A program made the translations under genes and the position numbers. Shown here piece after piece: positions 38,541 through 51,555 of a stretch of 57,617 nucleotides of DNA. Positions within the stretch are counted from its first letter, which is position 1; the number at the start of each line of letters is the position of its first letter. The notes beneath the pieces are model-generated. The model saw only the letters and a list, made by a program, of their open reading frames with translations. It did not search any database and had not been told where the DNA came from. Source of the stretch: Mizuhopecten yessoensis (taxonomy: Eukaryota); NCBI RefSeq assembly GCF_002113885.1, contig NW_018404030.1, forward strand, positions 408,699 through 466,315. Reading direction: 5' to 3'.

Positions 38541-40569
38541 GAAAGCATATTGTTATGTGATACTGTATTAAAAACGCCCAGCACAACCTGAGTGAGATCT
38601 TGAAGGTGTTTTGAATGGTGTACAGGAAAAATTTCACTTGCTTTGCATGCTTTTTCCAACTTCAGTCAGCCTTGTTGGCTTTGTGCTTAGTTATGATTTA
38701 TTCAATGGAAATATATGGCATTATTCTGGAGATTTTACTCATTTTCTTACATTGTTCTCGATAAAAGTGAATACACGGGTACTTCAGGAATGCATGTATA
38801 GGTATTTTGTTTCATTAATTTCATTATTCATTGAAATGTTTAATAGGTAATTTTTTTCATTAATTTCATTATTCATTGAAATGTTTAATGGCGTTGACAT
38901 AACGTCCGGAAACGAAAGTAAAAAACTGCCCTCTGGTGATGGTATTTTTAAAGTACTGTGTTTGACCAGATTCTTGAATTACAAGTGATCAAGCGTCTGG
39001 TTGAACGAGACTAGGCAAACGGCAGCTGTGCGCGGTAGTCTCGTTCAACCAGAACCTCGTTCTGAAATACAATTTATTATACCCAGAAGATGAACTGCTT
39101 ATTTTTACATTTAATCTAACTTGACCTCTCTAGGTTAATTTGAAGTCAAAGAAAAAAATCACAATAAAATATATTTTATATGCAATTTTTTATCATGAAT
39201 ATGTACAACTGAATGTATGTTTACATATCAACATGTACTTAAAATTTGGGCTCAAGACTCAAAAACTTGTGGATAAGTAAATTGCATAACTCTTCTTAAT
39301 AATAATATCCAGGATAGATATTTCAGCCCAAAAACAGATATATTTGTTTTGACACAGAACAAATTCTGTTTGAGAATCAATTGTTTTAAACAGTCTTTTT
39401 TTTAAAAAAAATATATAGCACTGACACTCCATCCATAATAAAATATTTGAAATTTGAATATTTCTATAGTGCATAATTCCATAACTTACAACCTATAGGG
39501 ACATGTCAAATACTACCAGGTACATATTTATATACACAATGGAAGGTATTATATAAATTAAATGGGCATCACAGTATATTTATATTTTGCTGCACACTTA
39601 AGAATAGGACATATCTAATTATAGGTAAGTAGGGGAGTTATTATTGGAAGCCAATATCAACACATCCAACTAATACAGCACATTAAAACAAGAGCCCCAT
39701 GGGCCTAACAGGTCACCTAAGATGTAATACAATTGTTATTTGTTGTTGTGATATGACAAAAACAAATATTACACATGTATAGCAGGGAATTTTGTCCGGA
39801 ATGGGTACCCCAGGGGTTGTGAAATTCACATTGTGATTAAGCACATCAGGATATTTCCATCCTTGAGGAGGTTTTGAACATATCTGGGTCTGAAGTAGAC
39901 AATTGTTGAAATTTTAGCTAATTTGACTAAACAGTAAGTTATAAATACAGGAATAATTGTCCTTCCGTTGTGAAATGTAAATCCCGCTACAACTAGTCGT
40001 ATATTTGGTGACAATTAACTTCTACTTTCACTTTCACATACTTCCATTTCCGGTTAAAAAATACGCAACTGCGGCTACCGATTAGGTGCTTTACCGTGCA
40101 CAACTGCCGTTTGCCGCATTCGGAAACCACATGGACGCGATCAGTGTCAATGATAGAAAGGTAGTTTTCTATCAAATGCCATTTGTAAGTAGTATATTTA
40201 TGTATGTATATATTTATGTGCAAGTTGTCATATTCTACATCATGTTCTAAGCAGCGAGGGCGTCTACGTCTGGCCACGGTGCACGTGTGCTATTCCGGTG
40301 TGGGTCACAACACACATGTGACATGATAAGCGTGTATATATATACATGTATGTGCGCTGTAACCCTATTGGTGTGGCATATGTGTGTCTCGGTCATTTGT
40401 AGCGAGCCCCTGTGGGCTGACCCATAGTTGGCGGACGAATCAGCGTTCTGCCCATCTAGCTGTGTCATGCTATTGGCATGGAGTGGTGGGGCGGGGTTCG
40501 TATAATGTCTGCAGGACGTGCATGCATATCCCTCCAGGCCATGTTGATACATACTGAGTTTGATTGATC

Positions 40570-41115
40570 TAATTAATGACCTTCACCAATATTTCAGATA
40601 ATATAAGCTTCAATTGTGTTGAAAAACTTTCAAACAACTTCTTCTGAATAACCAAAAAGCATAGGATCTGGTTATGTATTGCTAGCAAAATGCTCGGTTG
40701 ATGAGCTATCAAGTTTGTTCATGTGGATGATCTTGACCCTCTTTAATTTCAAGGTCACATATAGCCAAATGTGTATAAACCTTTATCTCAATTAACAAAC
40801 AATCTATGGTGGTGATATTCGCCAGGTTGCATGCTGAGATGAAGGGCTATTCAACTTAATGACCTTGTTAGGCTTTCAAGCTCACAATGGTCAAATACGT
40901 TAAATCTTTTAACATGTTCTTTTGAATGACTTACAGTCATAGATTTTAGTCTACTCATGATTATTAAAACATATTTTATTGATAAAAAAAAAATCAAAGG
41001 GATTGGGCACAAATTCTGACAATTTACTAGGCCCTCTCCCTCTTAATTCAAATAACGTTACAAGTGAGAGATTAATACCAGGTGAGCGATGCAGGCCCAT
41101 CGGGCCTGTTGTTCA
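40570..41115 (+). mobile_element. Helentron-type element, 3' part
   Basis: Degenerate GACCTT/AAGGTCAC satellite-like units ending in CAGGTGAGCGATGCAGGCCCATCGGGCCTGTTGTT. Confidence 0.65.
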
Positions 41116-41164
41116 TATGAGGAAAGATTGTGTCATCTTAAATTTTCGCCTCTATTCTATAGAC

Positions 41165-41600
41165 GTAATAGAGGAGACACAATAGAAGTATTCAAAATCT
41201 TGAGGGGAGTCTATGATACAACAGCATCAAAGGGAATTTTGTCCATGAAATAAGATACGTATAAGGACTCATGGACGTTAACTCAGCCTGGATAAATCAA
41301 CGAGAGGACTGGACGTTAGTAAATACTCATTTACTCAACGAATTGTTAGCAACTTGGATTCCCTATCTGAGATTGTGATTTAAGCACCAAATCTAATAAC
41401 GTTTGAAAACCGCATTGATTAATAATTTTGGGGAAGTGATGAAAGGAAATTTACAACAACATTGGAGTGACCTCACATCAAAAACATTGATATATATCAT
41501 GATGACATAAATATGGACTATGATCTAAATAAAGAGGCAGCTATATGCCTGCGTTCAGAATAAACTAATTTAAAACCAAGTGAAGTTAAACTAAGTAAAA
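41165..41600 (+). mobile_element. CR1-like LINE 3' fragment
   Basis: Translation ..SKYSFTQRIVSNLDSLSEIVI*APNLITFENRID resembles the C-terminus of CR1 ORF2 and is followed by a short-repeat tail. Confidence 0.6.
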
Positions 41601-42259
41601 TCCCTTGGCCCCCACTCAAGAAATAGGATTTTCAAGATTTTCCTATATTTCCCTCCCTGGGCACCACTCCTCCGTTCCCGTCCTGCCAATATCCATTGAT
41701 ATATTTGTCTTGGCCAAAGGATACTCCAGGCTTATTGAGGTGAATATCCCTATATTCCTACTCGAGGAATAGGATTTTAAAGATTTTCCTATACACATGT
41801 ATTTCCCTTCCCGGGCCCCACTCTTCTGTCCCCAAGAAGGTCACACCCTGTCTTTATACACTGTTGGGAGTTCCCTTGGCCAAAGGATAATACAGACCTA
41901 TTGAGGTAAAAATCCCTATATCCCTACTCAAAGAATAGGATTAAAAGTGTTTTTGTATATTCCCTGTACTGGGCCCCTTCCCTCTGCCGTGGGAGGCGAA
42001 AGCTCTGTTTTCATGAGAAACAGAGCAGCTGAGTACTGGTAAACAATAAATAATATAGGGTACAATCGACTGTTTGGGGTTATATAGTATAACTCATCTG
42101 TTTAACGAAACAATTCAAGTTAAAATGTAAACAGTCATATTTTTTAATCAATACAACATTTAATCATTATTTTTTCTTTCACAGGTACACAAAAGAAGAC
42201 CTAAAGATCCTGGACAAGTTACTTCCCTGTACACCTTTATTTCACCTACATCCATAACC

Positions 42260-43934
42260 ATGGCAACCAAACACAGCAGCCCCAGTCTAAAGGGACAAAT
42301 TCCAGTCAGGATCATCAAAAGCCAGACAAAGTGTCTGTACCATAAGAACAATGAGGTGGTTCTCCTCTGTCAGGACTGTGGATTACTGATCTGCATTACT
42401 TGCTCCATAACAACTCATAAAAAACATATGGACAGTTTTTGTGAAATCTTGAAAATTTCAAATGAACAAAAAAATACACTACAAGACTTTATCCATGAAA
42501 ACGAATATATCAAAATTCTGAAAATTATAACAGAAATCCAATCAGCCAGTGAATCTAACTACAAAAAACTCTCTGTAAATATTAAAAACGGTGTGATCAA
42601 TGTAACCTGGATTTAGACGAGGTAACGGAAGATTATTTAGCAATATGTAACGAGATGCAGAAGGGGACAACAGACCTCCTTCAGACTCGCATCACAAACC
42701 TGTGGACAGGTTAGACACTTTAGTGAAACTCTCATCAGAATGTAAACAGTCTTGACCCTCCAGACAGGCACTGCTGTAATTGTGTATGACTTAGTATCAG
42801 AAATCCAGGACATGGACTTAAGATATCCCAGAGACACCTAACATTGACATGACAGAGTTTACTCCAGGTAACGACAGACAAAGTCACCTGGAGCGGGCTT
42901 TGGGGAAATTGAAGACTCCTACTGACCATCTCCAGACAAAGTCACCTGGAGCGGGCTATGGGGAAAATGAAGACTCCTACTGACCATCTCCAGACAGGAT
43001 CAGCACCTAGTGGTCACTCCAAACAAGGTCCAGGTGTGAGACCTAAACGGTCCAAAGCTACAGAGATGGGTCAAGCCTCCACTGGAGCAGTCCTGTACAA
43101 ACTTTGTGACAGTCCAACTGTCATATCCCCAGTTCCCATATAAAGATGACATCACATCAGTCTGTCCTACATCTGATGGATGTGCATGGCTGTGTTATTG
43201 TAACACCAACACAGTAAACCTCATCAACAACAAAGGGCAAGTCATACAGAAGATACAACACATCAGTGACATCCAATACATCAGTCTGGACCCCACCACA
43301 GGTTGTCTGTGGTTATGTTGTTCCCGTGAGAGTACTATCTACAAAGTATCTACATCAGCTACACCAGTCACAAGGATTACCACATAGGGTACCCAGTCAG
43401 ACTGTGACCAGGGAGGGTCAGGTAGTGGTGGGTAGACAGGGGTACAAGGTGGTGATGTACACAGCAGACAGCCAGCTGTTACACACAGCCACTGTGGAGG
43501 GGTCAGGGACAGGGTATGTAGAGTCCATCACACAGTGTGGTGTTACCGGTAACATAGCTGTAGTGAGTACTAAACTAATCAGTGGAGACATTAGCGATCG
43601 AGACAACTACAGGCGTCGTATCATTGTGTACAACGCAACATTCCAGCCCCTGGTCCACTTCAAGGGAGAGGGGATACAGGCACGGGAGGCAGTCACACCA
43701 GACAAGTTTGGTCCAATAACAGTTGTATATGACAGTAAGGGTTATATTGTTATTGTTGACTGGACAAGGGACACAATAGAACTAATAGGTGGAGCAAGGA
43801 AGTACATAAAAACACTTCACACAAACAAAGGACAGGGACCAGTAGGTATACAGAAGGATGATGTGTTGTGGTCACACTTAGTGTTAGATACAGGAGAGAG
43901 GGGACTCAAACTTCTCAAGTATTACAGTGACTGA
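42260..43934 (+). pseudogene. B-box / coiled-coil / NHL-like beta-propeller (TRIM-like) gene, frameshifted
   Basis: B-box CLYHKNNEVVLLCQDCGLLICITCSITTHKKH and propeller-like repeats in ORFs 43106-43387 and 43266-43934. The coding sequence is broken across frames, with stops. An acceptor lies at 42184 and AATAAA at ~43978. Confidence 0.82.
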
Positions 43935-46900
43935 GGAATGACTAAACCTGGAGTGATGATACAGACAAATTATACCAAATAAATACAAATTAACATTATT
44001 TTTAACATTAAACTTTGACCTTTGTTATTATGATCTTATACACTTGATCAACACTTATACAGACTGAAAATATCATGTTTGAGGAATTAATGTAAACATG
44101 TCACAGGTTTGTTGTTTACTGGTTTTGTAAATAAATTTCTGTTACAACTTCAGTTTAGAGTGTTGTTAAAAAAAGAAGTCATTGTTAACTTTTACCAATC
44201 AGTCATGCTGGAACATGTACATCAGGTCTGTCTATCTTGTTCTGAATTATGTTCACTTTAATATTCAAGGAAATGTCATTGATTTCAAAAACCTGCAATG
44301 AAATCTGAAATCAATGTCTCTGTACAAATGACTTGGTTTTTAGGTGTATAAACTGACTTCACTTATATCCTCAAGTAGACTGGTCCAACAAACAGTACTT
44401 CAGCAAATCACAAATACTTTAATTATGTATTTGTTGGAAAGGATGGGTGTCTATAAGGCCCTTTTCTGGGCCCCGGTATGTTCAAAGATGTCATATTGAG
44501 AGATATTTGAAATTGCCAAGTTTGAGATGTGTCCAAAATCCATACCTCGTATAAAACAAAAGGAAAGTGTGTAGTGAATATGCATTTTATGTAAGTGTAC
44601 TCAAATGAGTGAAGTTGTAAATTTCAACTTATAATATGAATTAGAAAGGAAATTATTGATTAAACAAAACACTTTTCACTTGAAAGTTATCTAAAACAAC
44701 TCCATGACTTAATCCTCCATTTTATAAGCAATCTGTAAGTGATGATTGAATTCCTGTATTTTTTCAATCTTTATATATGCATGTTTAATTTACACATGTT
44801 TCCAAAAGCAGAAATGGTATTATTTTTGTTTTTAAGCTCATTTTGAAAACAGCAAATTATATTTGTGATTTACCCTACCCCTTTCGGTACCCCCCCCCCC
44901 CCCCCCCAAAAAAAAAAACGAAATTTCTAAATATATACCGAACCCAAAAAGAGTCTTATAGACACTCATCCTTTACCGAAATCAAAGCATTCTGGCAATA
45001 GTTATTGTTAGTAAACCTTTGTGCAGACATTGCTGATGAAGTGATTTCTATATTTTGCTTTCCTATTGCAGGTGAAAAAATAACCCAAAAACATACCAGC
45101 ACCATTTGTAAAACACACATTTATAGTTCACATTTCGTTCACACATCTATACTATTACATCCTATTATCAAAATACAGTGTAAATCATCATAACAATACT
45201 TCACCAGAAAGTAACTCCGTAGTTAGGATTGTTTTGGCAAATAATTCCACATAAAAACTCGCACCAAGGATTCACGACTCCCGACTGATGAATGCCCAGT
45301 GTTCAGGAAGGAGAGTACCCCCTGTCCATTTGGGAATTAGACAACAAAAAGGGTCCAATAGAATCTGTAGTTTCATGATATTACTATATGGAATAGTCGA
45401 TAGAAACTTAAATTTTGTTAAAAATCAGTTCAGTGAATGCCACTGGCCACAGAATGGGAAAACTGAAAGTTCAACCTGAAAAGTTACTGGAGGCTGTACG
45501 TATGTCTAACAAAAGGTAAGGGAGCTGGGTAAACATATCACTCAAAACTGGGGCAATATATGTCTCGCAAAGTCACGGGGAAAAAACTGTAAAAGTTGCT
45601 CTGCAAACAAAGATGGGGCAATTTAGGAGGCCGAAATAACGAGAATTGGTGACATTTGTTCTATATTTTTATCTTTTTTTTCCCCCTTTAGAAATCATCT
45701 GTTGTTTGAAAATGAGACAATTTGACCCACAATATCACGGTAACAAAACTGAGGAAGTTTGACCGACAAAGTCAAAGGACAAATCTGGGAAGGATTGATA
45801 AATGCCATTAAAGGGACAAAACTGTAAACGTTAGTCCTGTGAAGATATAGGGACAAAATTGAGGCAGTATGTCTCGTAAAGAATTGGGACAAACCTTTGA
45901 CAGCTGTAAACCTGCAAAGTCACAGGCACAAGATTTTAGTAGTTCAACTCCCGATATCACAAGGAACAAAACTGTTTCCTGTCAGACATCCTTCTAATAG
46001 GGACAAAGCTGCAAACAGTTTGACATGTGCAGTCACTGACGAAACTAAGGCAGTTTAACTCGCACAAAACGACCAGTTTTGTCAAAAGGACAAAGCTGTA
46101 AAGTTTGGTTCGTGATGAGATCATACAGAATAAACTTCAGAAAGTTTATAATGAGTTAATTATAAGTTAGCATGTACTGTTGATTCTCTTATATTCTTTG
46201 AGATACACGATTAAAGATATGTAGTTGAAGAAAGTTCATCACTGATCCGAACATCAAGATACACATATTTCATTATGTTGAATAACCATAAAGATAACTC
46301 TTTTCCACACAGTTGTAACATTAACCAGAGACGTTATGTAATATGTCTCTGCCTTAACCAAAAGTTTTAGGGAAATACTTTTTTTCTGAATCCTGATTAA
46401 GGAGTGCACCAAAAATATATGTTGGAATATAAAACGGCAGTACAATTATTAATGATGTTAAAAAACATAATGCCTTTCCAATATATGTGATTTGAGTGAT
46501 AAATCAGTCCATTTTTAGAATCGGTTGTGGGTTGCATATACTTGACCAATTATTTATTAAAAGTGGTTTTATAGGCTTTTAAAATAATTCAAGTTACATA
46601 ATTCTTTTGTTGCAAAAAAAAGAAATTTTGAAATAAACATTTAAATTACAAAAATGTTGAAGCTTTCAATATGTTCACACCTGGTATATTTCTTACGCTC
46701 TATTCATTAACCTTTTCAGGAAAATACAAAACATTTTGCATTCTATGTTTTCATGACAAATTTCCCAATTCAATACCATAACTGATGAAATTGACCAAAA
46801 ATCACAGAAACTGTAAATTCAATTCCATATAAATTGTATTTCCAAGTATTATTTCCAAATATAGAAACAACAATCTGCACAAACTTCAAACTGTACATAA

Positions 46901-46939
46901 AACCACAGGTATATGCACGTAAATGATTTTGAAAAAAGA

Positions 46940-47345
46940 AAATACATCTGTAGTACAGTACAATCAATGATCATACAAGAAATTACATCTGTAATACAGT
47001 ACAATCAATGATCATACAAGTAAATACATCTGTAGTACGATCTATGATCATACAAGAAAATACATCTGAAGTACAGTACAATCAATGATCATACACGAAC
47101 ATACATCTGTAGTACAGTACAATTTATGATCATAAAAGAAAATACATCTGTAGTACAGTACAATCACTGATCATACAAGAAAATACATCTGTAGTACAGT
47201 ACAATTTATGATCATAAAAGAAAATACATCTGTAGTACAGTACAATTTATGATCATACAAGAAAATACATCTGTAATACAGTACAATCAATGATCATACA
47301 AGTAAATACATCTGTAGTACGATCTATGATCATACAAGTAAATAC
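46940..47345. repeat. 41-bp minisatellite (AAAATACATCTGTAGTACAGTACAATCAATGATCATACAAG), about 10 units
   Basis: TACATCTG recurs at a 41-bp period, with two shorter variants. Confidence 0.96.
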
Positions 47346-47693
47346 TTTGTTCTTTAAAAGTGTCTACATGATGTACCTTTATCCTATATACTCCAAATTA
47401 AATAGGCATGCTCCTGTGATAATACACAAAACAATTAACTGCTTTAGAGTATAGCAGTCGGAACTGTCCTGTTCGAGTCGCTGTGCTAAACTGATTTATG
47501 TAATATCACACTTGTGTTACGACCACCGCAATGCAACAGCTGGTGTTGAATAATCCCCAATTCTTGAACCAGCTATAATCATTATCCTCTGAAAGATCAT
47601 CACGGTCAAAGTGATTATTCCCACTGTCATATAACACCTCGATCTGTTTCTTCTTTGTGGCAGAACACCCAAGTCATCAGAAATGGTAGAAAA

Positions 47694-50600
47694 TCAATCA
47701 CACAATTCTTCCTCTTTGCCTTCTTCACCATCTTCCTGTATACTTAAATTTTTGGCAGATTTTAATTGTTGTCGTTTCGAACATCGTAATCCGTCTAAGT
47801 AACTTAGGGGATGGAGTGGCAGAACACCACTTAACCCTGTAACAAAGGAAACAAAAAAATCAACTTTCTTTTCAAGAAAAAAAACCCTCAAGGTGCATAT
47901 GATTTTATTAAGATTTTGAGAAAAAATCAAAAATTCAACCCACCCCCTATTATTTTCAGTTTTCATTATTATTATTTTTTGATTCAAATTTAAAATCTAA
48001 TCCTTGCCTGGACCTCTAGTGGACCATCGTGGACCCTTTCAAATGATTTGCACATGTATATACACTGTATGTACCAAACAAAATCCACTTGACCAGATCA
48101 CAAGATGCTTGAAACTGCATTACCAACCAAAACAAGTCCTATCATACAAGTTAAACTCTATGTGTTAGACACTTCATTTGCTTGGAAGTCTACAGAATTA
48201 ATTAGAAAGATTATTTGTTAGTCCTATGTCAATGAAACTAGTCCAAGATTTCCTGAATGTATCTTGTCCTGCATAAAATAGAACAAGAGGCACAGTAGTC
48301 TAATAGCTAGTGGTAGGACGCTGGGCTTGTGACCGAAGGGTTCGAGTCACAGCACAGCACTGTGTGGTACCTTTGAGCAAGATACTTTACTCCGCTTGTT
48401 CCAGTCTACTCAATTGTAACTGAGTACATGGTTGGGCAGTGCTAGAATTGTAGAATGCTAGCTGTGAGTGCCGAAATGGCAGCACCAGCTGTATGCTCCC
48501 AAGGCGGTTGAGAAAGATGTTGGCTGGTTGCAAAGACCCTATAACCACAGATAATAATTTGTGAACCACTTTAAGACGACCTACAAACTAGGTTGTGAAC
48601 AAAATTTCTTTTAAATCTTATTATATTTGACATTCAGTTACATTTTGTACAGAAATTGTAGACCAGTCAAAGCCCAGGATGTAAGCTTATAACCGTTATG
48701 CACAGATGTTGCTCAAATTTCCACTTACTTTTGCAGAATTTTAATTTAATCCCCTGACCAATTGATTATAAAGGGAGCTGACTCACTGTACTACTGGTCA
48801 TGCATAGTTGTTAACCATCCCTCATTAGGAGGGAGACTCACTCAGTGGGAGGGAGACTCACTCAGTAGGAGGGACACTCCCTCATTAGGAGGGACCCTCC
48901 CTCATTAGGAGGGAGACTCACTCATTAGGAGGGAGACTCACTCATTAGGAGGGACACTCTCATTAGGAGGGAGACTCACTCAGTAGGAGGGACACTCTCT
49001 CATTAGGAGGGACACTCACTCAGTAGGAGGGACACTCCCTCATTAGGAGGGAGACTCACTCATTAGGACGGAGACTCTCTCATTAGGAGGGAGACTCTCT
49101 CATTAGGAGGGGCACTCCCTCATTAGGAGGGACACTCCCTCATTATGAGGGAGACTCACTAATTAGGAGGGAGACTCTCTCATTAGGAGGGAGCCTCTCT
49201 CATTAGGAGGGACACTCTCTCATTAGGAGGCACACTCCCTCATTAGGAGGGAGACTCCCTCATTAGGAAGGACACTCCCTCATTAGGAGGGACACTCCCT
49301 CATTAGGAGGGAGACTCACTAATTAGGAGGGACACTCTCATTAGGAGGGAGACTCACTCAGTAGGAGGGACCCTCTCTCATTAGGAGGGACACTCACTCA
49401 GTAGGAGGGACACTCCCTCATTAGGAGGGACACTCACTCAGTAGGAGGGACACTCCCTCATTAGGAGGGAGACTCACTCAGTAGGAGGGACCCTCTCTCA
49501 TTAGGAGGGACACTCACTCAGTAGGAGGGCCACTCCCTCATTAGGAGGGAGACTCACTCAGTAGGAGGGACCCTCTCTCATTAGGAGGGACACTCACTCA
49601 GTAGGAGGGACACTCCCTCATTAGAAGGGAGACTCACTCAGTAGGAGGGACACTCCCTCATTAGGAGGGAGACTCCGTCATTAGGAGGGACACTCCCTCA
49701 TTAGGAGGGACCCTCCCTCATTAGGAGGGAGACTCACTAATTAGGAGGGAGACTCTCTCATTAGGAGGGACTCTCTCTCAGTAGGAGGGAGACACTCAGT
49801 AGGAGGGACACTCCCTCATTAGGAGGGACACTCCCGCATTAGGAGGGAGACTCACTAATTAGGAGGGAGACTCTCTCATTAGGAGGGACACTCTCTCATT
49901 AGGAGGGAGACACTCAGTAGGAGGGACACTCCCTCATTAGTAGGGAGACTCTCATTAGGAGGGACACTCCCTCATTAGGAGGGACAGTCCCTCATTATGA
50001 AGGACACTCTCTCATTAGGAGGGACACTCCCTAATTAGGAGGGACACTCCCTCATTAGGAGGGAGTCTCTCTCATTAGGAGGGACACTCCCTCATTGGGA
50101 GGGAGACTCTCTCATTAGGAGGGACACTCTCTCATTAGGAGGGAGACACTCAGTAGGAGGGAGACTCCCTCATTAGGAGGGAGACACTCAGTAGGAGGGA
50201 CACTCCCTCATTAGGAGGGAGACTCTCATTAGGAGGGACACTCCCTCATTAGGAAGGACACTCTTTCATCAGGAGGGACACTCCCTCATTAGGAGGGAGA
50301 CTCTCTCATTAGGAGGGAGACTCTCTCATTAGGAGGGAGACTCTTTCATTAGGAGGGAGACTCTCTCATTTTGACCAAATTTTAACAATCTCCCTCATTC
50401 AAGTCCAAACTCACACAAAGTCAAAATCTACGTCCTGTGGTCAAATGATCTCCTAGTGTCTGCAGGGTGTGTAATGATCACAGCAGGTGTGTCTGAATCA
50501 AATGGATGCTTTTTGGAGTTATTTTGATGCATAAGAAGGGAAAGATAAAATGAGTGTTTGCACACTTTCTCCCTGATTGGAAATGAGGAATGAGGGAAGT

Positions 50601-51042
50601 TTCAGAGGTTGATACCTAGGGGAATAATTTTGAAATGTTTTAATTCCCTAAAAATGCCTACAACCCATGATTTTCAATGTGATATCCAATAAACTTTCAA
50701 GTGGGCATACAGTAGAACTGATGTTGGAATCGACCTTCACTCTCATGATTATAGAACACTGGGAGCCAAGTACATTGATTTCTTACCTAATAACTTGGCA
50801 GCTGGTTTTGAAATAACTGGTTTAAGACGAAGAACGTCGTTGATTTTGTCCATGTTAAGTGAAACCATTATTTCATTGTATTTGTTTGGCAAAGGGTCAT
50901 ACGTTCCCAGCTGAGCGATAGGTTTTGCATTCCTGGGACTTCTGTTTCGTGCCAGAACAATATGGAAGAACGGTCTGTTTGTGCAGCCATGGAGTGCTAG
51001 TCTGATCACTACAAATTTGCTCCTGTCTATTAACCTTGGCAT
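47694..51042 (-). CDS. MRPS16: Mitochondrial ribosomal protein S16 (bS16m), 2 coding exons, 132 aa
   Basis: Exons 51042-50787 and 47836-47694 total 399 nt around a phase-1 intron. They encode IRLALHGCTNRPFFHIV...QLGTYDPLPN...KLLGLSGVLPLHP. An acceptor AG directly precedes the ATG, so 5' UTR exon(s) lie upstream (candidate donors near 54069 and 55104). Confidence 0.96.
48288..48600 (+). mobile_element. tRNA-derived SINE with CORE-like domain (second copy)
   Basis: A box/B box (GGTTCGAGTC) and collinearity with 10097-10400. Confidence 0.82.
48818..50370. repeat. 20-bp minisatellite (CTCATTAGGAGGGA[C/G]ACTC[C/A/T]), roughly 78 units, in the MRPS16 intron
   Basis: Directly visible 1.55-kb array with 18-bp variants. 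Confidence 0.98.
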
Positions 51043-51287
51043 CTGAAAGGAGAAAACAGTATTTATTCATTATAGTGTTACAAGCACTACTTTTCTCTGA
51101 GGAAGAACATAAGACATGCACCCACAGGGGACTGTTTTAAAATCTGGATTTTTCTTCTTTCTAGGATACATTGGGCCTATAAATGTAATGTATCCAAATT
51201 GCTGTGAACAACTGTAAAAACAAATCAGGTTTCAGCATGCAATAATATTCATACATCAAACAAGAATATACACGAGGGTTTTGTTAG

Positions 51288-51555
51288 TATAACAGGAGAG
51301 GAAAAATGCACGGCCAGACCAGGGTTCAAACCCCAGATCCTCTGAACTCTAGACAGACGCTCTACCAATTGAGTTATCTGGTCGCCAACAATCGACCCAG
51401 TCCAGTTCTGTTACATTCCTCCCTCCTTTTTTCTAAGTTTTCACCCTTGAAGACACAACTTATTACAACCCAGGTTTGGGTATCCCCTTGCAACGCATAC
51501 ACCAAATTCTTGAAACAAGGGTTGGTTAATTACAGGCACCACTGTAACAGGAGAG
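51288..51555 (-). mobile_element. tRNA-LTR TRIM (Helenus-like), minus strand
   Basis: LTR stub ending TGTTACA (51543), PBS-like TGGTGCC, a ~110-bp internal region, PPT AGAAAAAAGGAGGGAGGAA and a full 128-bp LTR (51415-51288) holding a near-complete tRNA-like cloverleaf. Confidence 0.82.

Noticed and set aside
39826-40552. GC-richer short ORFs that might be upstream MULE exons or another gene
   Set aside because: I could not join them into a coherent spliced frame or recognise a domain.
51312-51383. Apparent tRNA gene (cloverleaf with AGA at the anticodon position)
   Set aside because: It has stem mismatches, a degenerate T-loop and a short variable arm inconsistent with tRNA-Ser, and it is embedded in a repeated LTR.
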